From assembly GCA_963790825.1 (NCBI GenBank), contig CAWBPM010000002.1, positions 4,721 through 68,720 on the forward strand: a stretch of DNA of 64,000 nt, in the 5' to 3' direction. Both the position numbers and the translations under genes were made by a program. A model generated the notes under the pieces. That model was not told the DNA's origin. It saw only the letters and a list, made by a program, of their open reading frames with translations, and did no database searches. This document shows positions 48,778 to 59,124 of the stretch, in pieces. Position 1 is the stretch's first letter, and every line of letters starts with the position of its first letter. This DNA comes from Candidatus Levyibacteriota bacterium (GTDB lineage: Bacteria > Patescibacteriota > Microgenomatia > Levybacterales > UBA12049).

Positions 48778-48851
48778 GGCCGGTTAGCTCAGTTGGTTAG
48801 AGCGTTGCATTCACATTGCAAATGTCGGAGGTTCGAATCCCTCACCGGCCA
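48778..48851 (+). tRNA. tRNA-Val (anticodon CAC)
   Basis: Manual cloverleaf fold. Acceptor GGCCGGT/ACCGGCC; D stem GCTC/GAGC; anticodon stem TTGCA/TGCAA with loop TTCACAT; T stem GGAGG/CCCTC with loop TTCGAAT. CCA is not encoded. Confidence 0.85.
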
Positions 48852-49057
48852 CGAAAATAACGTCACCGTTAATTTCTCATACCCTTATCCGCTTTAGGTA
48901 TTTGGTAAACTATTCGTTTCTAAAAAAATCTGAACCCCCAACCTCATATTAAATAAAAATTCAAAGAGGTACTCAAGTAGGTTAGAAACTTGTTATAAAA
49001 AGTATTATAAAATTAGTACGTACTTACGAGAAGACTAAATTGTTACATCTACATAAA

Positions 49058-50302
49058 CTATTTCAAATTTTTCGGATAAACAACACGTTTCTTAAGAATT
49101 GATTCTGATCGTTTAGTGACGGCAGAATTGTTTATCGCATGTTCTATTAGGTAAAAGCTTATATATGCTATCGGTAAGTAAATCAATATAAGCTTGGGGT
49201 AAAAAGCCATTGAAAGCATGTTTAGCATATTTGCAATTACAACATATCCCAGCAGTTCTTCCTTATGATAATGAGCGGCTAACAAAAATACGCCAAGTAT
49301 TAAAGAAATAAAAGCAGGATAAGAATATCTAAAGCTAGATACCATTATCCACGGCTGATTTGTTGTGGGGAACGAGAGAAACCATAAAATGGTGAATAAA
49401 CCCAGTAGAAATAATTTATCTACCCCGTAAATATTTTGTTGCTTTTTGAGAATAAACTTACTAAACAGTGAGGCAATTGCAATAAGTGGAGAGAATAACC
49501 AAAGTTTATATTCGCCAAAGCCTGCATCAAACATTTGTAAAGGGTGTAGAAGTGTTTCTTTCCATACAGTGTCATAAGAAGCTGGGATAGGCCCATGAAA
49601 TCCAAGTAGGGTTACAGGATAAAATGGATCGTTGGTGGCTAGGTAATTTCTCAAATACCAAAACAATCCAAATAATGAGAGTGGTATTAAAAATACAATG
49701 ACTCTGAAAATATTTAAAGCAGGGAATACTTTTCTTATAGAGAAAACTAATAAAATGAGCATAAACATAGGTGCTGAATACTTTGAACCAATCAACATCC
49801 CAAGAACGAAACCAAGTTTGGCAAAATAACGAATACTCCTTTCGGGATTTTCCAATAGGATAATGCTTAAGACATAAAATACTGCCACCCAAACATCTAT
49901 ACTGACAGCATTAAACCACCGCATAATGACGTTTAGAGAAAAAATAGTTATAGCAAACAGGAGTGCATTGTAATACTTAAGTCTAAAAATTAATCCAAGT
50001 TTCCAACAACAAAAAAATAGAATAACTGCAGCGAATAAATTAGAGAGTGTCAGAGGAATATGAAAAAAAAGAAAAATAGAGTTAATAGCCTCAGAGGAGC
50101 CGGGGAAATACCATTTTGGATATTTAAAATGTGCAGCATTTAGAAAATGACCATCAAGAATTGATTGTGAAATAGGAATATGATAATCGTAACTGTCTCC
50201 AAGTGCAGGAATAGGATTTAATAAACCGGCATAACAATAATAAACAAAATAATAAATAGCAATAAGAAGTGCGATTTTTGTAAGTGTGACAACTTTTATC
50301 AT
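49058..50302 (-). CDS. polytopic membrane protein (GT-C-like)
   Basis: About 12 TM helices. An N-terminal GDSYDYH block resembles the GDLxxH block of the 57370 and 59125 proteins. Confidence 0.45.
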   Translation of the reverse strand: MIKVVTLTKIALLIAIYYFVYYCYAGLLNPIPALGDSYDYHIPISQSILDGHFLNAAHFKYPKWYFPGSSEAINSIFLFFHIPLTLSNLFAAVILFFCCWKLGLIFRLKYYNALLFAITIFSLNVIMRWFNAVSIDVWVAVFYVLSIILLENPERSIRYFAKLGFVLGMLIGSKYSAPMFMLILLVFSIRKVFPALNIFRVIVFLIPLSLFGLFWYLRNYLATNDPFYPVTLLGFHGPIPASYDTVWKETLLHPLQMFDAGFGEYKLWLFSPLIAIASLFSKFILKKQQNIYGVDKLFLLGLFTILWFLSFPTTNQPWIMVSSFRYSYPAFISLILGVFLLAAHYHKEELLGYVVIANMLNMLSMAFYPKLILIYLPIAYISFYLIEHAINNSAVTKRSESILKKRVVYPKNLK

Positions 50303-50682
50303 TAAAACTATTTTAACAAGTTTTTATTATTTTATACAGTTTATATAAACTATTCGATTTCGTACATGAGTTTAGGTGACTTATTATCTAACACGAATAC
50401 AATCACTGGCATGAAGGAGAAACAGGCGATGCTACTGGTCCAAACGTGCATTTTCAAATAAACCTGTACAAAATACCGATAAACCCGAGGATATTTTTGT
50501 CAGGGAATCCATGATATTGCCTTTTTCTTATACCCTAAAATGTGTATAATAAGAGTATTGTTTCTTAAAAAAACAATATTTAAAAGCCTTAGTAAACAGT
50601 AAGCTTTTAAGAGTAAAAAATACTTTCGCTTATGTTATTTTAGCAACGTTTGTAGTTACTTACTAATAAGAATTCAATAATT

Positions 50683-51684
50683 ATGACAGTCAATGTTGTT
50701 TCCGAAGCAGAATTCTTTTCCAAGGATCATGGTGTTTACACAGCGTATATTAATCAGGTCGAAATGCTGCGAAAAAAACAAATTCATGTCATCATTAATT
50801 CCCGCCGTCAAGCCGACATTCTACATTTCCATACGCTCGGGCCGTTTAGCCTTGTTAAACTGCTTACTTCTCGTGTTCCGACTGTTGTCTCAGCTCATAT
50901 CATTCCCGATTCGTTTAAAGGCAGCCTGAAGGGGGAGAAGTACTGGGGCGGTATATCCTCACGTTATTTACGGTTTTTTTATAATAAAGCAGATTTAGTA
51001 CTGGCTGTCGCGCCGCAGGTTAAGAAACAGCTTTTGGACTTGGGTGTAAAAAGCAGAATTGAAATTTTCCCGAATCCCATTAACGAAGACATATTTAAAA
51101 AAGATCCCAAGTGCCGCAGTACCGGAAGAAAGTTACTGGAAATAACAGAAAACGATATACTTCTTCTTGGAGCAGGCCAGGTTCAGCCTAGAAAGGGCAT
51201 AGAGGATTTTATTTTAATTGCCAAAGCACTTCCGCAGTATAAATTCCGCTGGATTGGCGGTAAGCCGTTTAAAGGTCTTACTGCGGAAAACAGTAAGCTA
51301 AACGAATTGATTGAAAATAAACCCGATAATTTTGATTTTGCAGGACCATTTAGCTATTCGGATATGCCAAGTATCTATAACGGCGCCGATATTTTCCTTT
51401 TTCCTTCTCTTCAGGAAAACGCACCCATGGCAATTATTGAAGCAGCCGCGTGCGGCCTGCCGTTACTTCTTAAAAACTTACCGGAATACAAATTGTTATA
51501 CGTAAAAGGCTACTTATCTGCAGATAGTGTAGATGACTACGAAAAGCTTATTAAAAAACTAATTGAGGATGGCCGGTTCTATAAAGATTCGGTTACGGGA
51601 AGCAAGTATATTGCGGAGAAATTTTCCACAGATGCATTGGGAGATACATTAATAAATTATTATCAATCTTTGTTGACAAGCTAA
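50683..51684 (+). CDS. GT4 family glycosyltransferase
   Basis: C-terminal NAPMAIIEAAACGLPLL block (E-x7-E region of GT-B retaining transferases). Confidence 0.75.
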   Translation: MTVNVVSEAEFFSKDHGVYTAYINQVEMLRKKQIHVIINSRRQADILHFHTLGPFSLVKLLTSRVPTVVSAHIIPDSFKGSLKGEKYWGGISSRYLRFFYNKADLVLAVAPQVKKQLLDLGVKSRIEIFPNPINEDIFKKDPKCRSTGRKLLEITENDILLLGAGQVQPRKGIEDFILIAKALPQYKFRWIGGKPFKGLTAENSKLNELIENKPDNFDFAGPFSYSDMPSIYNGADIFLFPSLQENAPMAIIEAAACGLPLLLKNLPEYKLLYVKGYLSADSVDDYEKLIKKLIEDGRFYKDSVTGSKYIAEKFSTDALGDTLINYYQSLLTS

Positions 51685-51711
51685 GACCATTTCGGGTTTA
51701 AAAATTCCCTT

Positions 51712-52761
51712 ATGAAAATTCTGTTTTTCTGCAGACTATTTTATCCCCATATTGGCGGCGTAGAAAAGCACGTCTTGGAACTTTCCAAAGAATTAAGTAA
51801 AAAAGGAAACGAAATTGTCATTGTTACAGAACAGATTTCTGAAAATGACAAAACTGCCGAACAACTCGAAATACCCGAAAGTAAGACAAAAATTCAAATT
51901 TATCGAATTCCTGTAGGGAAAGACGATTATTTTAAAAAATTAAGAATATGGAAGTGGTTCTGGCAGCACAGAAATCTGCTGCAAAATGCCGATATTATTC
52001 ATATCCACGATGTATTCTTCTGGTATTTGCCATTTCGGTTTCTAAGCCCTCTTAAACGGGTCTACGTGACCTTCCACGGATATGAGAGCTATCCGATTCG
52101 GAAAAAAGCAATAATGGTAAGAAAAATTGCCGAGAAGTTATCATGGGGAAATATCTGTATCGGGGATTTTATTACGAAATGGTATATGACAAAGCCTACA
52201 TTTGTGTCTTACGGCGCGGTGGATACCGGGCAAAATATTCTCAAAATTCAAAAGGTAAAAAATGAGTCAGCCGTCTTTATCGGCCGGCTTGATGAACAAA
52301 CGGGCATACTTGAATATATAAAAGCGGTTAAAACCATAAAAAAGAAATATCCACAATTTGAGTTATTGGTCGTAGGGGACGGAAAATATAGAGAATTAGT
52401 GAAGGGAAATAGTAAAATAATAGGTTTCCGAAATAATCCTGAGCAATATTTTGCAACTTATCATTTTGCTTTTGCTTCCAGATACCTCTCGATACTTGAA
52501 GCCTTGTCTGCCAAACGATTGGTTTTTGCACTCTTCGATAACCCGGTGAAAGAAGATTATCTGCGAATGGCGCCGTTTGCACCATTTATTATTATCAAAA
52601 AAGACCCGGAAAAATTAGCAGAAAAAGTGGAATATTTCTTAGGACATCCCGAAAAAGAAAAAGAGAATATTGAAAAGGGCTACGAATGGGTGAAAGGGGA
52701 GACTTGGAGAAAAATGGCCCAAATTTATTTACAATTATGGAAAGAAAACAAACTCGAATAA
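51712..52761 (+). CDS. GT4-like glycosyltransferase
   Basis: N-terminal KILFFCRLFYPHIGGVEKHV block typical of the GT4 N-domain. The C-terminal domain is divergent. Confidence 0.55.
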   Translation: MKILFFCRLFYPHIGGVEKHVLELSKELSKKGNEIVIVTEQISENDKTAEQLEIPESKTKIQIYRIPVGKDDYFKKLRIWKWFWQHRNLLQNADIIHIHDVFFWYLPFRFLSPLKRVYVTFHGYESYPIRKKAIMVRKIAEKLSWGNICIGDFITKWYMTKPTFVSYGAVDTGQNILKIQKVKNESAVFIGRLDEQTGILEYIKAVKTIKKKYPQFELLVVGDGKYRELVKGNSKIIGFRNNPEQYFATYHFAFASRYLSILEALSAKRLVFALFDNPVKEDYLRMAPFAPFIIIKKDPEKLAEKVEYFLGHPEKEKENIEKGYEWVKGETWRKMAQIYLQLWKENKLE

Positions 52762-52832
52762 GTAAATCTATGTTGTAAATTTCCCTTTAGAATAGAATCA
52801 TATATAATATGACTGAGAGTTGCAATAAATAG

Positions 52833-53312
52833 ATGAGTGACGCTATAAAAATTATAAATAATTGTAAAATAGGTAAAAATACGAAAGTATATAATTTCGC
52901 TAATCTTTATGGTTGCGAAATAGGAGAGAATTGTAGAATTGGTTCATTTGTTGAAATCCAAAAGGGAGTCAAAATAGGCAATAGAGTAAAAATAGAGTCT
53001 CATACTTTTATTTGTGAAGGCGTGACGATTGAAGATGACGTTTTTATCGGACACCATGTAGTTTTTATTAACGATAAATATCCCCATGCGAGTAAACGTT
53101 CAAAAGAATTACAAACTGAAGAAGATTGGAAAATACTCCGGACTCTAATTGGTAAAGGTGCATCTATCGGTTCAAATGCTACCATCCTTGGCGGAATAAC
53201 GATTAGCGATTATGCTATGGTTGGAGCAGGTTCCGTTGTTACGAAAGATATTCTGCCATATACAGTTGTTATCGGTAATCCCGCGAAAATAATACGTAAA
53301 TTACATCCTTAA
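52833..53312 (+). CDS. hexapeptide-repeat (left-handed beta-helix) sugar N-acetyltransferase
   Basis: Repeated [LIV]G.... hexapeptides (IGENCRIGSFVEI, IGNRVKIES, IGSNATILGGITI). Length is 159 aa. Confidence 0.7.
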   Translation: MSDAIKIINNCKIGKNTKVYNFANLYGCEIGENCRIGSFVEIQKGVKIGNRVKIESHTFICEGVTIEDDVFIGHHVVFINDKYPHASKRSKELQTEEDWKILRTLIGKGASIGSNATILGGITISDYAMVGAGSVVTKDILPYTVVIGNPAKIIRKLHP

Positions 53313-53999
53313 GCGGAGAAAAACAATATCCCTGAGTGATGAAACCACTAATTTGAGATTACCCCCCGAACTTTTTCTTTTTATCCGTTTGCTGAAATCA
53401 ATAGGTACACTTGCGATTTTCTTTCCATTTTTAGCCGCGCGAATAATCATTTCGGCTTCAAAAAAAACGCTTTTTGACACAAGCGGGAATGAATGAATTA
53501 GTTCTCGCTTGATAACTTTTATGCTCCCTGCATCAATAGTTCTAGTTTGAAATAGGATATATGGTAAAAAATTATAAAAAAATGAAACAATTTTTCTATA
53601 GAACGAATAATCGGAATAGGTTCTTTTACCAATCACAATATCTGCTTGATTTTTATCTGCAAAAAGTAACAATTTTTTGATATCTTGAGGATTCCAATCT
53701 CCATCTACACTAAAAAGAACGATATAAGCATATCCGGCAGTTTTATAAAGGTTTAATATTGTTTTTGCAATTCCTTGATTTTGTTTATTGAAGATAAGTT
53801 TAAAACAACGATTATACATAAAATGCTTTTTTAAGATTGAACGTGAACCATCGGTACTTTTATCATCACAAACAATTATTTCGTATTTAGCGCATATACT
53901 CTTCATGACCTTTTCGCATTCTTTTAGTTGTAAAACTGCAGTTTTTTCATTATTAAAAAGGGGAATGACGAGCGATGCTTCAGATAAAAAAGATTTCAT
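53301..53999 (-). CDS. GT2 family glycosyltransferase
   Basis: IPLFNNEK and CDDKSTDGS blocks. Confidence 0.65.
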   Translation of the reverse strand: MKSFLSEASLVIPLFNNEKTAVLQLKECEKVMKSICAKYEIIVCDDKSTDGSRSILKKHFMYNRCFKLIFNKQNQGIAKTILNLYKTAGYAYIVLFSVDGDWNPQDIKKLLLFADKNQADIVIGKRTYSDYSFYRKIVSFFYNFLPYILFQTRTIDAGSIKVIKRELIHSFPLVSKSVFFEAEMIIRAAKNGKKIASVPIDFSKRIKRKSSGGNLKLVVSSLRDIVFLRLRM

Positions 54000-54997
54000 A
54001 GAATGATTTCCCGGTGGGTTATAAGTGCTTGCTCTATTTTTTCCAGTAAAGTTACTACTTTTAATCCTTCCTGCCCATCAGTCAAGGGCTCTTTATTTGC
54101 TGCGATACACTCTATGAAATGTATAAGCTCGGTAGATAACGCTTCTTTTTGTTCCAAGTGGGGAATAATAATATCTCCACTTCTATACGCAGGAGAAAAA
54201 GGAGTGACAGACAGAGGAGAAGGAATAACCCCCTTATCATAAAGTTTTATTTTTTCAGTCGGCTCAATATCATTATATACAATCATTTTTTTACTTCCTC
54301 CGATAAGAATAGAACGAATTTTTACCGGAGAGAGCCAACTTACATGAATGTGAGTTGATATATTATTTTCAAGTTGTAAAAAAATATGCGCAACTTCATA
54401 CTGATTACCAATGAATGCAGATCCAAAAGCTTGAATAGAAATAGGCCTTTCAGGGAAAAGGTGAGTAATAATTGACAGGTCGTGAGGGGCTAAATCCCAG
54501 ATAACGCTTGCATCCTTTTGAATTATTCCCAGATTAATTCTTGTACTGTCATAATAATAAATTTTTCCGAGTTCGTTATGAGTAATAAATTGTTTGATTT
54601 TTTTTATTGTCTCAGAATACACAAAGGTATGCCCAACCATTAATAATTTTCTCTGTTTTTTGGCAAGTTTAATTAACATACCTGCCTCATCGCTGGTTGC
54701 TGTCATCGGTTTCTCAATCAGCACATGCTTTTTTGCTTGTATTGCTTTCTTAGCTAGTTTAAAGTGAGTCTTAATTGGAGTTGCTATAATTACCGCATCA
54801 ATTGCAGAATTATTTAAAATTAAGGAATAATGTTGTGCCATCGATACATTCGGAAAGTCTTTTTTCAAGGCCTGCAGCCTTTCTTTTTTAATTTCGCAAC
54901 CATAAACTTGTGAAACCTGCGGAATATTAAGTAAATTTCTTACCAAATTCGGTCCCCAATATCCGAGTCCTATAACCGCAACATTTATTTTTTTCAT
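53996..54997 (-). CDS. Gfo/Idh/MocA family NAD-dependent sugar oxidoreductase (WbpB-like)
   Basis: VAVIGLGYWGPN Rossmann N-terminus and a EKP block. Transcribed divergently from the adjacent aminotransferase. Confidence 0.7.
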   Translation of the reverse strand: MKKINVAVIGLGYWGPNLVRNLLNIPQVSQVYGCEIKKERLQALKKDFPNVSMAQHYSLILNNSAIDAVIIATPIKTHFKLAKKAIQAKKHVLIEKPMTATSDEAGMLIKLAKKQRKLLMVGHTFVYSETIKKIKQFITHNELGKIYYYDSTRINLGIIQKDASVIWDLAPHDLSIITHLFPERPISIQAFGSAFIGNQYEVAHIFLQLENNISTHIHVSWLSPVKIRSILIGGSKKMIVYNDIEPTEKIKLYDKGVIPSPLSVTPFSPAYRSGDIIIPHLEQKEALSTELIHFIECIAANKEPLTDGQEGLKVVTLLEKIEQALITHREIIL

Positions 54998-55029
54998 TGT
55001 ATGGTAAAATTGTAACCGTAGTATACACT

Positions 55030-56169
55030 ATGCAAAATAATTTTGGAATAAAAATAAAAGTTCCATTTACCGATCTATCGGTAAAAGATCAGAAAATATT
55101 TTTAAAGAAAATAAATACTGTATTGAAAAGAGGAAATTTTGTTTTAGGCAAAGAAGTTGACATGTTTGAGCGGGAGTTCGCAGCGTATTTAGAGGTAAAG
55201 TACTGTGTCGGAGTGGCGTCGGGAACCGACGCAATTTTACTTGCGCTCAGAGCTTTAGATATTTCTCAGGACGATGAAGTCATTGTTCCCGCATTTACCT
55301 TTGTAGCAAGTGCGACACCAATTCTTATGCTTGGTGCTCGGGCGGTTTTTGTTGACATAAAACCAAATTTACCAATTATTGATGAGAACAAAGTTGAAAA
55401 AGCAATAACTAAAAAAACAAAGGCAATTATCGCTGTACATTTATATGGTTATCCATGCAATTTGCAGGAACTGCAATCAATTGCAAAAAAACACAGAATA
55501 GCTTTAGTAGAAGATGCATCTCAAGCGCACGGTTCGTTATATAAGAACAAAAAAATCGGATCTTTCGGAGATATCGCAACATTTTCTTTTTATCCAACGA
55601 AAAATCTTGGAGCTTTTGGTGATGCAGGTGCTATCGTGACATCCGACAAATTGTTCTATGAAAAATTACTTCTGCTTCGCAATCATGGACAGGCAACAAA
55701 ATATGCGTATAAAATTCTTGGATATAACAGTAGACTTGATTCTTTGCAGGCGGGAGTTCTTAGGCTAAAACTAAAATCTCTTGACACGGAAAACAGAAAG
55801 AAAAAAATCCTCGTGAATAAATACGTATCTAAATTATCTAATTTACCAACAAAAATATGTTTTATAGATAATAGAGTTGAAGCGCAGCCAGCCTTTCATC
55901 TTTTTGTCATTCGGACAAAAGAAAGAGATCGTCTTAAAGAATTTTTGCAAAAACGAGGAATTGTATGTGCAATTCACTACCCGACTGCGCTTCCCGACGA
56001 GTCAATTTTTAATTATAAAAAAAATAATAAATATTATCTCAACGCCAGGAGATTTGCCTCATCCGTTTTATCGCTTCCTCTGTTTCCCGGTATGTCTGAG
56101 AGACAACTGCAATTTGTTACGGATTCGATTATTGCATTCCTTCAAAATATTAAAACAGCATTAGTATAG
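55030..56169 (+). CDS. DegT/DnrJ/EryC1/StrS family PLP-dependent sugar aminotransferase (WbpE-like)
   Basis: The listed ORF uses a TTG at 54997; ATG at 55030 is preferred. Typical DegT blocks (GKEV..FE.EFA, SFYPTKNLGAFGDAGAI with the PLP Lys). Confidence 0.8.
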   Translation: MQNNFGIKIKVPFTDLSVKDQKIFLKKINTVLKRGNFVLGKEVDMFEREFAAYLEVKYCVGVASGTDAILLALRALDISQDDEVIVPAFTFVASATPILMLGARAVFVDIKPNLPIIDENKVEKAITKKTKAIIAVHLYGYPCNLQELQSIAKKHRIALVEDASQAHGSLYKNKKIGSFGDIATFSFYPTKNLGAFGDAGAIVTSDKLFYEKLLLLRNHGQATKYAYKILGYNSRLDSLQAGVLRLKLKSLDTENRKKKILVNKYVSKLSNLPTKICFIDNRVEAQPAFHLFVIRTKERDRLKEFLQKRGIVCAIHYPTALPDESIFNYKKNNKYYLNARRFASSVLSLPLFPGMSERQLQFVTDSIIAFLQNIKTALV

Positions 56170-56203
56170 ATATCTTATAACACTAATAATCTTTATACTT
56201 TTA

Positions 56204-57274
56204 TCAAGTATTCTTTTTCTTATTCGAAAGATACCGTTTGCTAAGCCCCTCAATTCTAATCTTTTCATTTTTTGTTTTTAACCTACTCTGTCTGTAACCT
56301 TCTATTGGCTTTTCAAAAAAGAAATAGATACAGAATGAAAATATAATGGTTGTAATAATAAAGAGAAGTGTTGAGAAACTTTGGTTTGGTTTGATTGAGA
56401 ATACCGTTAATAACACTGAAATAACTAATAGATGTGAAAGATAGATAGGATAAGACAGTTCACCAATAAGTCTGTCAAAAGGAATTCTTTTCGTCAACTT
56501 AAAAATAAAAGGTACAGCAAACATCATTAAGAAAATAAAAGACCACTCTTTTATGGGAAATATACTGGTAAGATGATAATCAATCGGTATAGCGGAATAG
56601 AAAATTATTAAAATAATAATAAAGGTGAATATCCCTATCAACAAACGTAAAGGAATATCCCTTTCCCTTATTAACAAATATATCCTATAGGATATTACAC
56701 CAAAAAGAAAATAAATGATAACCTCGGGAAAGAACCAATCTCCTATTGGTTCTTTCCCTAATCTAAGAATAATAAATACTAAAAAATGTGAACATAAAGC
56801 GATCACTGATAATTTGAATATAAATTTATTGCTTTTTTTAACTATGAATGGCGCCACCAAGTAAAAATATAATTCTAAGACGAGAGTATATGCCTGGGGT
56901 AAAGTCAATATTTGTCTATAATTCGTATTTATCTGTAGAACATCATTTCTAATGATTAACGTTATATCATTGATAATATTGAAAAAAGAATTATTCAAGA
57001 AATTTTTATGTAAAAAGAAGAAGTTAAACGCAAACGTTAGAAACAATATAAGCCAATAAGTAGGAAAAATACGGAAAAATCGATTCGTGATAAAAAGCAT
57101 ATATCCACCATTTTTACCAATATATTTCTCATTAAGAATAAGTGACATATAAAACCCTGATATGATATAAAAAGATCTAAGAGCCGGATCTCTACCCAAA
57201 AGCGTAATTCCGAAGAGTGGAAAAGAATGGTGGATTACGATGCTTAAAGCGAGAAGAGTTCTGATAAGTCCCAT
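56204..57274 (-). CDS. acyltransferase family 3 (OafA/OatA-like) membrane O-acyltransferase
   Basis: N-terminal IHHSFPLFG...RSFYIISGFYMS block, paralogous to 25213..26331. Confidence 0.7.
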   Translation of the reverse strand: MGLIRTLLALSIVIHHSFPLFGITLLGRDPALRSFYIISGFYMSLILNEKYIGKNGGYMLFITNRFFRIFPTYWLILFLTFAFNFFFLHKNFLNNSFFNIINDITLIIRNDVLQINTNYRQILTLPQAYTLVLELYFYLVAPFIVKKSNKFIFKLSVIALCSHFLVFIILRLGKEPIGDWFFPEVIIYFLFGVISYRIYLLIRERDIPLRLLIGIFTFIIILIIFYSAIPIDYHLTSIFPIKEWSFIFLMMFAVPFIFKLTKRIPFDRLIGELSYPIYLSHLLVISVLLTVFSIKPNQSFSTLLFIITTIIFSFCIYFFFEKPIEGYRQSRLKTKNEKIRIEGLSKRYLSNKKKNT

Positions 57275-57369
57275 ATAGGCAGTAAAAGTTTACCATAGTT
57301 TTAGCCTATCTGCCTATGGAAAAGGGTAAATTATTTTCAATTATTTAGTATAATAATATAGTGTAAACT

Positions 57370-59118
57370 ATGTCTGTATCACATCTTTTGGTAATTAATA
57401 GTATTCTTTATTCTGTTCTTTTGGGTATTGTGATTGTCTTTTATACGTATATATACCCGAAAAAGAAAATCTCATTACTTATCTTGCTTGTCCTTATAGC
57501 TCTTTTGCCTCTTCTGAGTATTATAAGATCGGGAACCTATGAAAGTGGCGATTTATCTACCCATATAATGGAATCAATATATTTTTTTAAGGTTCTTGCT
57601 CAGGGAAATTTATTTCCTATTTGGGGTGGGGAGATGAATGCTACCTATGGATATCCCGCCTTTCTTTTTACCTACCCCCTTCCATTTTATGTAACAACAG
57701 TTTTTCATTTAATGGGATTTTCTTTTATCAATAGCGTAAAGCTTTTATTAGCTGCAGCGTATCTGTCATCGGGCTTATTTATGTTTCTGTGGCTTAAAAA
57801 AGAAGTAAAAGAAAAAGCAGCCTTTGTCGGAGCGCTCTTTTATCTCTTTGCACCGTATCATTTGGTAGATCTTCATTTCAGAGCTGATGTCGGAGAAATA
57901 CTTGCATTCGTTTTTTTGCCACTTTCGCTCCTGGCAGCAAAAAATTTATTCCAAAGTGGATCGATCCGATGGTTCCTTCTTGAAGTTCTGGCACTTTCGG
58001 CACTCATACTTTCTCATCCTGCAATATCTATGGCAGGATTTCCTGTAATTCTGGTATATATTTTGGTGCTTATCGGGAATCAGCCTAAAAAGAGAAAAAT
58101 TATGTTGTTTGTGCAGGCACTTGGTTTTCTATCTGCTTTGCTCCTTACATCTTTTTATTTAGTTCCTGTGTTGGGAGAATTACGCTTTACCTTAAATCAC
58201 CACATACCAGGAAGCATTAGCTTTACTCCTTTTACAGAGCTTCTATACGCTCCTTGGCGATATGGGTTTCTTTTTCAAGGACCGAAAGGCCAACTTTCTT
58301 TTCTTTTAGGATATCCGAGTCTACTCGTTATATTTCTTGCAGTAGTCTTTCTTATTAAGAAAAAGATTTTACAATCTGAAAAAGCTCTATTCCTGGCATC
58401 ACTTGGAGTTGTCAGTGTTTCTATTTTTCTCATGCTGAATGTATCAAAACCTCTTTGGGACTTCATACCTTTATTAAAAAGTTTTCAGTTTAGTTACCGT
58501 TTATTGGGAATTACTATGTTTGCAGGATCTGTCTTAGCTGCTCTAGTAGTAAATAAGATGAAAAAAAAAGCGTTAATTTTTTGCTTATGTTTATTCGTCA
58601 TATTTTCAACGATTTTGAACTGGGGAAATAGAAAAAACATACCGGAGGTAACAGATACTATATTAGAAAATAAAATTCCTTTTACTGCAACAAACGGAGC
58701 AGGATTAGGGCAGGCTGTTCCGATGTGGGCTGATCCAAAAAATACTTGGGCAAGAGTGATTCCTACAAATCATCTTGAGGTTATACAAGGAAAGGGGTCA
58801 GTAAAAGAACTAGAGCGAGAAAATATATATCACCTCTATCAAGTTGACGCTCGCACAGAGTTACATCTTCGAGAAAACACCCAGTATTTTCCAGGCTGGA
58901 ATGTTTTCGTAGATCAAAAATTACAACAAATCCATATTCTTAACTCTTCCTCACCTAAGGGTTTGATTTCCTTCGTTGTTTCTAAAGGAAATCATAAAAT
59001 AAGTATTGTTTTTCAAGATACATTTATGGTACAAGTTGGGAAGATGATAAGTATCGGTACATTATTTTTACTTTTTATAGGAATTATCACTATACAGGTT
59101 GTGAAAATAAGAAAATAA
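57370..59118 (+). CDS. polytopic membrane protein with C-terminal extracytoplasmic domain (GT-C-like), tandem paralogue 1
   Basis: About 12 TM helices followed by a soluble domain. Shared blocks with the next gene: RSGTYESGDLSTH, APYHLVDLHFR and NTQYFPGW. Confidence 0.5.
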   Translation: MSVSHLLVINSILYSVLLGIVIVFYTYIYPKKKISLLILLVLIALLPLLSIIRSGTYESGDLSTHIMESIYFFKVLAQGNLFPIWGGEMNATYGYPAFLFTYPLPFYVTTVFHLMGFSFINSVKLLLAAAYLSSGLFMFLWLKKEVKEKAAFVGALFYLFAPYHLVDLHFRADVGEILAFVFLPLSLLAAKNLFQSGSIRWFLLEVLALSALILSHPAISMAGFPVILVYILVLIGNQPKKRKIMLFVQALGFLSALLLTSFYLVPVLGELRFTLNHHIPGSISFTPFTELLYAPWRYGFLFQGPKGQLSFLLGYPSLLVIFLAVVFLIKKKILQSEKALFLASLGVVSVSIFLMLNVSKPLWDFIPLLKSFQFSYRLLGITMFAGSVLAALVVNKMKKKALIFCLCLFVIFSTILNWGNRKNIPEVTDTILENKIPFTATNGAGLGQAVPMWADPKNTWARVIPTNHLEVIQGKGSVKELERENIYHLYQVDARTELHLRENTQYFPGWNVFVDQKLQQIHILNSSSPKGLISFVVSKGNHKISIVFQDTFMVQVGKMISIGTLFLLFIGIITIQVVKIRK

Positions 59119-59124
59119 TTTTAT

